This document shows positions 8,151 to 16,787 of a DNA stretch of 18,154 nt, piece by piece (positions within the stretch are counted from its first letter, which is position 1; each line of letters starts with the position of its first letter). The notes under the pieces were generated by a model that was given only the letters and a program-made list of their open reading frames with translations, had not been told where the DNA came from and searched no databases. Source of the stretch: Candidatus Bruticola sp. (lineage in GTDB: Bacteria; Vulcanimicrobiota; Xenobia; Xenobiales; Xenobiaceae); the NCBI GenBank assembly GCA_051874735.1, contig JBJEGD010000008.1:1-18154 (forward strand), written 5' to 3'. The translations under genes and the position numbers were made by a program.

Positions 8151-9263
8151 TTATTCGTAGCTCATAGCACTTTCAAAATAGCGCTGATTAAGGCTGTGAC
8201 AAATTTGATCAGTTTCAGCTATGCGCTGAGCAATCTTCTCGCACTGTTCTACAATAGTACCTAAGAACCCTTTGTATTCCAGCTGGAGCTCCATAGGCGG
8301 TATAGGAATAATCAATTCATTTAAAGATGATTTCGTCAGCTTCGGCATCACACCACCGCGCAGACTTGAGGTAATGTCGATACTGTTTATAACCATCTCC
8401 AAATATTCGGGAATAACACCAGCATCGGGATTAATTCTCAAAACATGAACTAAGTCGCTAGCCCAAATTTTGCCGTGCACAGCTTTAGCTATGGGAGCTT
8501 CTCCGGAAGTAAGCACAGATCCCACCTTAGCCACTAAGAGAAGATCTTCATCGAAAAGATACTCATCGACATAATCAACTACGCCAGTAGAATCGTAGTA
8601 AGGATATTCTCCAGAGACTCTATCTTTAGCTAAAAGGGAACGGGATTTTAAACGCTCAGTTAAAGCCCCCAAAGGTTTGGTCTCCCATCCTCTATCGTTT
8701 ACTTCTATTTCACCAAAAAGCTCTATAAAGCGATCGTTAAGTAGTTCTTCAGACTTATCGAGCTGATCGAACTGAAGCTCGCTCAAATCGCAGGCACTGC
8801 GCAGAACATTGGCAATTCTCTCCTGCTCAATTAAACTGGGCACAGGAATAACCGTATCTGATAAATCTTCGATAGATACACCATCTTCAAGTACGCCAAT
8901 ATTCTCGTTGTCTTCCAGCCTACTAAATATATAAGAGAGAGCGTAAGCCATATATAAAGGATTTAGTTCAGCAGTATTAGGGCACAAACGGCAGAAATGA
9001 TGGCTGTAAAGAGCTTCTTCACCATTCCAAGCTTCAATAGAGAGGCGATCTGTAAGCGATACCAAGTACTCACCAGGATGAACTAATTGTTCTTTAGTGT
9101 ACTCACCAGTGTAATACGTGGAAACCTGCCCCTTTTCAATGTCGCTATGCAGAATGACAGGAACCCCCTCAGTTCCGTCTTCATTAAGCAAACTGCGATC
9201 GATATTCACTCCGCCCTGAAAAGAACAAACGTCGCCTAAGCGGGTCATTTTACACTCTGACAT
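8151..9263 (-). CDS. hsdS: type I restriction-modification specificity subunit-like protein (orphan, acidic, divergent)
   Basis: Two-TRD layout: RLGDVC...IPVPSLIEQERIA (conserved helix), FIELFG...GWETKPLG...YPYY...IPIPPMELQ. No hsdM or hsdR adjacent. Confidence 0.85.
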   Translation of the reverse strand: MSECKMTRLGDVCSFQGGVNIDRSLLNEDGTEGVPVILHSDIEKGQVSTYYTGEYTKEQLVHPGEYLVSLTDRLSIEAWNGEEALYSHHFCRLCPNTAELNPLYMAYALSYIFSRLEDNENIGVLEDGVSIEDLSDTVIPVPSLIEQERIANVLRSACDLSELQFDQLDKSEELLNDRFIELFGEIEVNDRGWETKPLGALTERLKSRSLLAKDRVSGEYPYYDSTGVVDYVDEYLFDEDLLLVAKVGSVLTSGEAPIAKAVHGKIWASDLVHVLRINPDAGVIPEYLEMVINSIDITSSLRGGVMPKLTKSSLNELIIPIPPMELQLEYKGFLGTIVEQCEKIAQRIAETDQICHSLNQRYFESAMSYE

Positions 9264-9476
9264 ATCGAACCCCTTTCAATATTAAGTGACCATTCATAGA
9301 ACCTTCCTTCTTTCTTTAAGATTCTAAAATTCTCCCCCTTGAGATCAGTATCTTATTTTTTAGGCTTTTTTTTAGTAAATTGTCGTATGGCAGAAGGAAA
9401 CAGAAGTATATCATCTGAAGAGTGGCCATTCCCACAATTGTGTACTTTTGGAAAAACGGTTTGAGGCAGAAATAAT

Positions 9477-10934
9477 ATGAAAATACTGCTCATCAATGCT
9501 CCCCGCATCAATTCTATATGGTGCGGTGTGCCGGACATCTTTAATGGCAAAGATCAGCATCTCTTCCCACCGCAGGGCATTATGTATTTGTCCGCTTATA
9601 TTAAAGCTCACAGCAGCCACGAAGTAAAAATTTTAGATGCCAACTGCGATCTTCTGTCGCAAGCCCAAATAGAGCAGCGTATTCGCGACTACAATCCTCA
9701 GGTAGTAGGTATTACTACCATGACTCACAATCTGATTGATGTCCACGAATGTGTTAAATCGGCTAAGCGGGTTAACAGTTCTATTCATGTAATTTTGGGC
9801 GGCCCTCATGCTATGCGTTTTCCTGAAGAGGCTATTTCCCTCTCCGGAGTAGATTCCATATGCTTTGAACGCGACGCCGAAGAAGCTTTTTCCGAGTGGA
9901 TCAATTACCTTGACGGCCAGGGAGAAGCCTCATCTATCAAGGGAATTTGGTACAAAAATACCGACGGCTCAATATGCCGCAACGAAGCTAGACCGATCAA
10001 CAAAGATTTATCCCGTTTCCCTATGCCAGATCGCAAAGGTATCAACCTCGATGAGTATTATACTCCAGGCATGCTCGGCCTCCGCTCCACCACAATTGTT
10101 ACTTCCAGAGGTTGTCCTCAAGGCTGTAAATTCTGTCTATCTACGGCGGCCTTTGCTTCGCGCACAGTCAAAGATATTGTCGACGAAATGGAAGTCTGCA
10201 AAGATATGGGCATTGAAGAAGTCCTCTTTGTCGATGACATTTTCAATGCGCCGACTAAACGCGTTATAGAAATTTCTCAAGAAATTCTGCGGCGCAAGTT
10301 AAAAATGTATTGGGCTTTTAAAGGAACTATTGCTGGTACAACTTATGAAATGTTGAAGATAGCCCGTCAAGCCGGCTGTCTGCGCGGCCATTTCGGAGTT
10401 GAAAGCGGTACTCCTGAAGGACTTCAGGCCTTGGGAAAAACTTTTATGAAGCCTGAAAAAGCCCGGCAGGTGTTTAAATGGTGCAAAGAACTAGATATGT
10501 GCGGATGTGCCTACATTATGATTGGCACGCCGGCCGAAAAAAACCGCGACGACATTATGCGCACCGTTGATTTTGTTTATCAACTCGATCCAGAGTACGT
10601 AGTGTACGCCATTACTAGTCCTTATCCAGATACGCCTCTTTGGCAGCGCGGAGCCGATCTTAAATTATGGGATCCCGATATTTGGAAGCGCTTTATGCTC
10701 AATCCGACCCCAGAGACGGCAGAACAGATTCCCACTATGTGGAATCAATATATGAGCCGCGAGGAATTGCTCTCTATATTTAAAGAAATTAATCGCGATT
10801 TTTACTTCGATCCTATGAAGATTTACCATACCTTGAAAAAAATGACTAACTGGCAGGGTATTAAACGTATCGCTCAAGGAGGCTTAGCTATAGCTAAGCT
10901 TCAGCTTATCGACGCTCAGAGTCGGCGGATTTAA
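9477..10934 (+). CDS. cobalamin-binding-domain radical SAM protein (class B-like)
   Basis: N-terminal B12-binding Rossmann segment (KILLINAP, PPQGIMYLSA, VILGGPHA), TSRGCPQGCKFC (CxxxCxxC), FVDDIF, GVESG and PYPDTPL. GAGG upstream. Confidence 0.9.
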   Translation: MKILLINAPRINSIWCGVPDIFNGKDQHLFPPQGIMYLSAYIKAHSSHEVKILDANCDLLSQAQIEQRIRDYNPQVVGITTMTHNLIDVHECVKSAKRVNSSIHVILGGPHAMRFPEEAISLSGVDSICFERDAEEAFSEWINYLDGQGEASSIKGIWYKNTDGSICRNEARPINKDLSRFPMPDRKGINLDEYYTPGMLGLRSTTIVTSRGCPQGCKFCLSTAAFASRTVKDIVDEMEVCKDMGIEEVLFVDDIFNAPTKRVIEISQEILRRKLKMYWAFKGTIAGTTYEMLKIARQAGCLRGHFGVESGTPEGLQALGKTFMKPEKARQVFKWCKELDMCGCAYIMIGTPAEKNRDDIMRTVDFVYQLDPEYVVYAITSPYPDTPLWQRGADLKLWDPDIWKRFMLNPTPETAEQIPTMWNQYMSREELLSIFKEINRDFYFDPMKIYHTLKKMTNWQGIKRIAQGGLAIAKLQLIDAQSRRI

Positions 10935-10974
10935 ACAGCTTACACGGCTTATCTGTGCTAAAACTGACTTAAAT

Positions 10975-11024
10975 CTGAAAAAAAAGCAGCCCTCTTGCAG
11001 AAGAGAGAGCTGCTTTTTTTTCAG
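10975..11024. terminator. bidirectional intrinsic terminator
   Basis: Perfect 16-bp inverted repeat CTG-A8-GCAGC (10975-10990) / GCTGC-T8-CAG (11009-11024) between convergent genes. Confidence 0.9.
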
Positions 11025-11041
11025 GAATTTAAATTATCGGA

Positions 11042-11578
11042 CTACCCCTTTTCTGCGTCAGCTTGAGCTTCTTTTTCTTCTTTCATTTCCAGACGGCACT
11101 TTTTGAGTTCTTTCCAAGTTTCTTCTAAAGCCTGATTGATGACTCTGGAACCGCCAAAAACGCTCATAAAATTAGTATCACCGTTCCAGCGCGGCACAAT
11201 ATGCAAATGCAAATGTTCTGCCATGCCGGCTCCGGACACTCGTCCGATATTCATACCCACATTAAAACCTTCAGCATGGGCAGATCGCTTAATCACCTCT
11301 ATCCAGGTCTGAGCCATAGTCATAATTTCCTGCATTTCTTCTGGACTTAGCTCCATAATATTGCCACCGTGACGGTAAGGCACGATCATTAAATGGCAAT
11401 TATTGTAAGGATACAAATTCATTAAGCAGTAACAAGTTTTGCCGCGCTCAAGCACTAAATTTTCCTTGTCGTTATCCTGAGCATGTTTGACACAAAGGAA
11501 GCATTCCGCCACGCAGTATTTAGGTGCTTTTATCATTTCCATGCGCCAAGGCGCCCACATTCTGTCTAATTCACCCAT
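11042..11578 (-). CDS. HIT family nucleotide hydrolase (Ap4A hydrolase/phosphorylase-like)
   Basis: WAPWR, CFLC, NLYPYN.HLM..PYRH, GFNVG.N.G..GAG and the histidine triad HLHLHIVPRW.GD.NF. Confidence 0.92.
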   Translation of the reverse strand: MGELDRMWAPWRMEMIKAPKYCVAECFLCVKHAQDNDKENLVLERGKTCYCLMNLYPYNNCHLMIVPYRHGGNIMELSPEEMQEIMTMAQTWIEVIKRSAHAEGFNVGMNIGRVSGAGMAEHLHLHIVPRWNGDTNFMSVFGGSRVINQALEETWKELKKCRLEMKEEKEAQADAEKG

Positions 11579-11673
11579 GAGGATCTCTTTTCTCCCCTTC
11601 CTGACCTTAATTGGTACGGTAAATACATTTCAGCAATCTTACACCGCACCTCAGAAAAAATATCAAAATTTCC

Positions 11674-12510
11674 TCAGACTATATTGAGAGTAAATCCTGT
11701 CTTGGAATTGCGGGCTACTGAGGTAAAGACCATCAGCATATCTAAAGTATCACGAAAGACTTCTCCAGCATTTAATTCTAAAAAACGCAACTCTCCATCT
11801 GAACGTGGATCTTCCTTATCCCACTCTGGATAGCGATCCATAAGCGATTGGAAGGGCACAACTTCACCTTCTTTAGTGATACCGCGCACTCCGTCCTCAT
11901 CGCGCACTAACTTCTCGTAAATATGAGCCCCTCCCTCATCGAAATTAGACTTTACAATAATTCCGTTAGTACAAAGGTAAATTTGATATCCTTCGTTACC
12001 GCTGATCATGCAGGGTAATATTTCGGCATTCCAAGGATAAAAACGCGGATGAGAAGATCCGTCGTCAAAATACTCCAAAACCGGTTCATCGTAGGCATAA
12101 AGCTGAGCCACTTTCCAATTACTTGTATTAAACACTTGCTCAATTTTAGCCAAGTCATCGGCTAATTCGGCTGTACGGGCAGCGTCGAATCTATTTTCAG
12201 CTTCTAAATTGATAGATGCACAGAGAGAATCGGGCACTAAACAAGCTACAGCCTTGAGGAAAACTTCTAAGCCGTAAACTAAACTTTTGCAGCCTTCACC
12301 ACACTGCATAATATTTATTGAACAATCTGCACAAGTGGTATCAACCGCCATGTCACCGTAGAGCATTTTTTTGTGACGCATGGTTTCCCACTCAAAACGG
12401 GGACGACCGTCTGGGGCAAAGTCAGAAATTTTTTCTTGATAAGGTTTGCAAGGACGAATCCTGACAGGGATAATATTTAAAGCAATTTCGTATACAGTAT
12501 TGTCAGCCAT
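11674..12510 (-). CDS. hypothetical protein with N-terminal cysteine cluster
   Basis: 278-aa ORF, co-oriented with and upstream of the HIT gene. Contains CADC-x6-C-x3-C. No family recognised. Confidence 0.7.
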   Translation of the reverse strand: MADNTVYEIALNIIPVRIRPCKPYQEKISDFAPDGRPRFEWETMRHKKMLYGDMAVDTTCADCSINIMQCGEGCKSLVYGLEVFLKAVACLVPDSLCASINLEAENRFDAARTAELADDLAKIEQVFNTSNWKVAQLYAYDEPVLEYFDDGSSHPRFYPWNAEILPCMISGNEGYQIYLCTNGIIVKSNFDEGGAHIYEKLVRDEDGVRGITKEGEVVPFQSLMDRYPEWDKEDPRSDGELRFLELNAGEVFRDTLDMLMVFTSVARNSKTGFTLNIV

Positions 12511-12775
12511 AGCCGCATACTTTCTATTTTAAGAAAAAACTTCCCCCGTAAAAGGATAACAGAGTAAAAATAAGCCACTTGATGACGAGCGCGATATACC
12601 AGCAGCACGAGTATATTTCTTGAAGCTAAAACTTAACACATAAGATATGAAGGAAGGTTACTAAAAGGTGTGAAAGAGTAAGAGTTTGGTGGTGCTGCGC
12701 AGGGCTCTTTAGGAATTGGCGCCACTTTAGAACTGAAGAAAAAAAACTAGCAATGGAGTGAGGTAGGATTTTCAA

Positions 12776-13339
12776 ATGGGTATGTCTGCTTTGAATGCGA
12801 ACAACGGTTTACATATATTCTTTTTAATTGATTGTTCTGACAATGCTGCGAGTGAAATCAACAAAGTAGTTGAAGCTGTAAATTCCATTGTTCCCGATTT
12901 GCAGAAAGCTAACTCGTTGTATCCCAAAATGAGAATGAAAGCCAGAGCCATGCGTTTTTCGACTGGCGCTTATTTCGTTTCTCCAGCAGCTATGGATATC
13001 GATCGCTTCAAGCTGAGCAACGTTTTCGGCGGTGGTGCCTGTGAAATGGGCAAAGCCTTCGAAACTCTTTATGAACAAATTAAACTTATCACTCCTGAGG
13101 CCGGCGGCATTCCTCCCGTTTTAGTGCTTATTTCTAACGGTCGCCCTACCGATGATTATCAAAAAAGCCTGACCGCTCTAAAATCACTGAATTCCTTTAA
13201 AAAGGCGATACGCTGGAGTTTTGCTGTAGGCTCTAATCCCGATAAGCAAATGCTGCTGGAATTTACCGGCCTTCAATCTAATGTGCGCGATCTGAGCAGT
13301 ATTGGCGCCATTCCTCGCGCCTTTGAACCTGGGAGATAA
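12776..13339 (+). CDS. TerY-like von Willebrand factor A domain protein with degenerate MIDAS
   Basis: LHIFFLIDCS, RFSTGA, GG..EMGKA, PPVLVLISNGRPTDD and KKAIR...AVG..D...L.EFTG match the TerY-type vWA pattern. GAGGT upstream. Confidence 0.8.
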   Translation: MGMSALNANNGLHIFFLIDCSDNAASEINKVVEAVNSIVPDLQKANSLYPKMRMKARAMRFSTGAYFVSPAAMDIDRFKLSNVFGGGACEMGKAFETLYEQIKLITPEAGGIPPVLVLISNGRPTDDYQKSLTALKSLNSFKKAIRWSFAVGSNPDKQMLLEFTGLQSNVRDLSSIGAIPRAFEPGR

Positions 13340-13390
13340 AAATTTTTAAAGTACCATTTAAGGTACTTGCTGTACGGAGGTAATAGTAAC

Positions 13391-13552
13391 ATGAAAAAGT
13401 ACGTATGCGAAGCCTGCGGCTGGGAATACGATGAAGAGAAGGGAGCTCCCGATTTAGGTATCGCTCCAGGTACTAAGTTTGAAGATCTTCCCGAAGATTT
13501 TGAGTGCCCTATCTGCGGTGTAGGTAAAGATCAATTCGCAGAAGTTGAATAG
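13391..13552 (+). CDS. rubredoxin
   Basis: [14 protein letters not shown]...[27 protein letters not shown] has two CxxCG motifs. ATG 13391 follows GGAGG (13376-13380). Confidence 0.97.
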   Translation: MKKYVCEACGWEYDEEKGAPDLGIAPGTKFEDLPEDFECPICGVGKDQFAEVE

Positions 13553-13579
13553 AAATTCAGAGTAGTTCATAGCTTATTT

Positions 13580-13618
13580 AATTCGGCCGCAGCACTGTTG
13601 TCAGCGGCCGAATTTTTT
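13580..13618 (+). terminator. intrinsic terminator after rubredoxin
   Basis: AATTCGGCCGC (13580-13590) / GCGGCCGAATT (13604-13614) followed by a T run. Confidence 0.85.
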
Positions 13619-13649
13619 CATGTTTTCCACTTAGCTAGAGGCAATTAAC

Positions 13650-13937
13650 ATGAATTCTGAGTTTAATACACAGTTAAAAAATTCTGATCTCCCAAATTGC
13701 CAACTGCGCTTGGCCATTATGTCTATAATTGTGGGCCCAACAGCACCAATAGAAAGCTTAAATTACCTGCTTCATCAATACAGCCACTATATTATTGGGC
13801 GCATGGGCCTACCTCAAAAAAACAGGGGCATAAATTTAATAAGCGTAGCTCTAGACGCCCCTAACGACAGCATAAATGCTCTTTCCGGCAAAATAGGAAG
13901 GCTTAAAGATATTAAAGTAAGAGTTTTGTACGCTTAA
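13650..13937 (+). CDS. TM1266-family iron-only hydrogenase system putative regulator (ACT-like)
   Basis: RLAIMSIIV...LN.LLH.Y..YIIGRMGLP....GINLISVALDAP...INALSGKIGRL. Sits directly upstream of hydE. GAGG upstream. Confidence 0.88.
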   Translation: MNSEFNTQLKNSDLPNCQLRLAIMSIIVGPTAPIESLNYLLHQYSHYIIGRMGLPQKNRGINLISVALDAPNDSINALSGKIGRLKDIKVRVLYA

Positions 13938-14066
13938 TAATGTCAATATAAAAAGCGAAGGTAAAGGCTCAAAATCGGGGAAAATCGTCAGCGCTCAAAT
14001 GGGAGATCAGTTTTTTATAACTTGTCGTCCTTGATTGACAATGTAGAACTTACAAAGGAGTAACAG

Positions 14067-15149
14067 GTGACTATTTCTTGCGATTCTCAGGCCGAAGCTT
14101 TAAGGGAACGATTATGGCAAACAGAGCAGTCAGTCTTCTTCACCGAAGAAGAATGGCTGATGCTGCTGCAAGCCGCTGAGCAAAATCAATCTTTCGCTCT
14201 TTCTCTGCGCAGCTCAGCCAAACAGCTGAGAGATAAAATTTTTGGCCGCGCAGTCTATCTGCGCGGTTTAATAGAAGTTTCCAATATTTGTGCCCGCGAT
14301 TGTCTATACTGCGGCATACGTCGTTCTAATAAGAAAGTTAAACGCTATCGTTTAACTAAAGAGGAAATTTTGGACTGTTGCCGTCAAGGGCATCAGTTGG
14401 GGCTAAGAACTTTCGTAATGCAAGGCGGAGAAGATGGCCACTTAAGCGACAGCTTTTTCATTGAAATTATCAAAGATATCAAAGCCGCTTATCCTGATAC
14501 TGCCGTAACTTTGTCTTTAGGAGAACGCCCCAAAAGCAGCTACCAAAAGTTTTGGGCAGCTGGAGCTGATCGGTACTTGCTGCGCCATGAGACAGCCTCA
14601 GCTGAACACTTTGCCAAATTAAAATCAGCTGAATCTGTTTTTGCCGAACGCATGCGCTGTCTTACCGACCTCAAAGAAATAGGTTTTCAAACTGGATGCG
14701 GCTTTATGGTTGGTTCTCCCTACCAAACACTGCGCTGCTTGGCTAAAGACCTATTCTTTATACAGAATTTTCGCCCCCACATGGTAGGTTTAGGACCGTT
14801 TATTCCCCACTGTGATACCCCCTTTGCCAATTATCCGACCGGATCTTTGGAAACTACCCTCAATTGCCTGGCTTTAGTCAGGTTAATGCTGCCTCAAGTA
14901 CTGCTCCCTTCTACAACAGCCTTAGCTTCTATATCAGAGCAAGGACGTATTTTAGGTCTTGAAAGCGGAGGCAATGTAGTTATGCCGAATTTATCTCCTC
15001 TGCAACATCGCAGTGAATATACTCTTTATAATCACAAAGCTTACCTTAATACTGAAGCCGCCGAAGGTATAGGGAAACTTGATGCCCAGTTGCAAAAATT
15101 TGGCTATTATATAGATTATTCTCGAGGTGATGCAGCCCAAACTAATTAA
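14067..15149 (+). CDS. hydE: [FeFe]-hydrogenase H-cluster radical SAM maturase HydE
   Basis: VYLRGLIEVSNICARDCLYCGIR, RYLLRHET, GPFIPH.DTP, NVVMPNLSP and YxxY (YTLY). GTG start after AAGGAG. Context with hydG and hydF. Confidence 0.93.
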   Translation: MTISCDSQAEALRERLWQTEQSVFFTEEEWLMLLQAAEQNQSFALSLRSSAKQLRDKIFGRAVYLRGLIEVSNICARDCLYCGIRRSNKKVKRYRLTKEEILDCCRQGHQLGLRTFVMQGGEDGHLSDSFFIEIIKDIKAAYPDTAVTLSLGERPKSSYQKFWAAGADRYLLRHETASAEHFAKLKSAESVFAERMRCLTDLKEIGFQTGCGFMVGSPYQTLRCLAKDLFFIQNFRPHMVGLGPFIPHCDTPFANYPTGSLETTLNCLALVRLMLPQVLLPSTTALASISEQGRILGLESGGNVVMPNLSPLQHRSEYTLYNHKAYLNTEAAEGIGKLDAQLQKFGYYIDYSRGDAAQTN

Positions 15150-15250
15150 TAGAAATTCCTTACTTAATTTGTCGGCCTTTTGTTTAAATGGCTGAAACTA
15201 AACAACCACTGATGAGAAAGTAATTTTCTGACTCAAAAGAGAGGTCTAAC

Positions 15251-16669
15251 ATGTATAATCCGAAATCGCGCCTGGCTGAAGAATTTATAGCCCATGAAGA
15301 GGTGCAAGCTTCCTTAGAGTACGCTGAAGCTAACAAAAATAATCTCCCCCTAATTAACGATATTTTAGCTAAAGCTGAACAGTGGCACGGACTGAATCAT
15401 CGTGAAGCTTCTGTCCTGCTGGCCTGTCCCGATCCTGAAATAGAAGCCAAAATTTTTGCCTTAGCTGAAAAACTCAAAAAAGATTTTTACGGCAACCGCA
15501 TTGTTATCTTTGCTCCGCTTTATCTATCAAACTACTGTGTAAACGGGTGCCTCTATTGTCCTTATCATTTCAAAAATAAGCACATTGCTCGCAAAAAGCT
15601 TACTCAAGAAGATATTGTGCGTGAAGTAACCGCCCTCCAAGATATGGGCCATAAACGTTTAGCTTTAGAAACTGGCGAAGATCCCATCCACAATCCGCTG
15701 GAATACATTCTTGAATCTATAAAAACGATCTATTCTATTAAACATAAAAACGGAGCTATCCGCCGAGTTAACGTTAATATTGCAGCTACAAGTATAGAAA
15801 ACTACCGTCGTTTAAAAGATGCCGGCATAGGCACTTACGTACTTTTCCAGGAAACGTACAATAAGGATAGCTACGAAATTCTGCATCCTACTGGCCCTAA
15901 ACACAATTATGCTTATCATACTGAAGCTATGGACAGAGCTATGGAAGGCGGTATTGACGACGTAGGCTTGGGGGTACTTTTCGGATTAGAGGGGTATCGC
16001 TACGAATTTGCCGCCTTGCTTATGCATACTGAACATTTGGAAGCCGTTTTCGGAGTGGGACCGCACACCATAAGTATGCCGCGTATAAAACATGCCGACG
16101 ATATCGATCCTAACGCTTTCCAACATGCTATAAGCGACGACATTTTTGCCAAAATATCTGCCTGCATACGCATTTCCGTCCCCTATACAGGCATGATCAT
16201 CTCTACTCGTGAGGGTCAAAAAGTGCGCGAGCGCTTGCTGCATTTAGGTATTTCTCAAATAAGCGGAGCTTCCCGCACTAGTGTAGGTGGCTACGCTGAA
16301 GAGGAAAAAGTTGAGGATAACTCAGCCCAGTTCGATGTCAGCGATCAGCGCAGCCTAGACGAGATAGTTAACTGGCTCATAAAATTAGGTTATGTGCCCA
16401 GCTTCTGTACTGCCTGCTACCGAGAAGGTCGCACCGGCGATCGTTTTATGGAATTATGCAAGAAAAAGCAAATTCTCAATTGCTGCCATCCCAATGCTTT
16501 GCTCACTTTGAAAGAATACTTGGAAGACTACGCTTCTCCTGAAACTAAACTGATAGGTCTGCAGTTAATTCAAGATCAGTTGCAGTTAATACCCAAAGAA
16601 AAAGTACGTCAAATAACTTCTGAGCGTTTGAACTTGATAGCATCAGGACAGCGCGATTTCCGCTTCTAA
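15251..16669 (+). CDS. hydG: [FeFe]-hydrogenase H-cluster radical SAM maturase HydG
   Basis: FAPLYLSNYCVNGCLYC, GPHTIS.PR, C-terminal auxiliary cluster motif SFCTACYR...CHPNA (Cx2Cx22C) and GQRDFRF terminus. Confidence 0.97.
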   Translation: MYNPKSRLAEEFIAHEEVQASLEYAEANKNNLPLINDILAKAEQWHGLNHREASVLLACPDPEIEAKIFALAEKLKKDFYGNRIVIFAPLYLSNYCVNGCLYCPYHFKNKHIARKKLTQEDIVREVTALQDMGHKRLALETGEDPIHNPLEYILESIKTIYSIKHKNGAIRRVNVNIAATSIENYRRLKDAGIGTYVLFQETYNKDSYEILHPTGPKHNYAYHTEAMDRAMEGGIDDVGLGVLFGLEGYRYEFAALLMHTEHLEAVFGVGPHTISMPRIKHADDIDPNAFQHAISDDIFAKISACIRISVPYTGMIISTREGQKVRERLLHLGISQISGASRTSVGGYAEEEKVEDNSAQFDVSDQRSLDEIVNWLIKLGYVPSFCTACYREGRTGDRFMELCKKKQILNCCHPNALLTLKEYLEDYASPETKLIGLQLIQDQLQLIPKEKVRQITSERLNLIASGQRDFRF

Positions 16670-16717
16670 ACAAACAAACGTTCCTGCTTTTTTAGCTGAG
16701 AACATATAACAATGTAA

Positions 16718-16764
16718 GCCGCTGCTCTGACGCACAATTTAATATAGGCAGCAGCGGCCCTTTT
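16718..16764 (+). terminator. hairpin / weak terminator between hydG and hydF
   Basis: GCCGCTGCT (16718-16726) / AGCAGCGGC (16750-16758) followed by CCTTTT. Confidence 0.55.
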
Positions 16765-16787
16765 ACAAATTAGCAAAGGATTTGTTC

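Noticed and set aside
9353-9620. Two short minus-strand ORFs upstream of hsdS as leader or precursor peptides for the radical SAM enzyme
   Set aside because: Both overlap the radical SAM 5' end on the antisense strand and show no precursor-like features.
15194-15235. Hammerhead-like CTGATGA (15209-15215) with a nearby GAAA between hydE and hydG
   Set aside because: The stem after CTGATGA is not followed by GAAA, and the upstream GAAAC is only about 11 nt away, too close for stems I and III.
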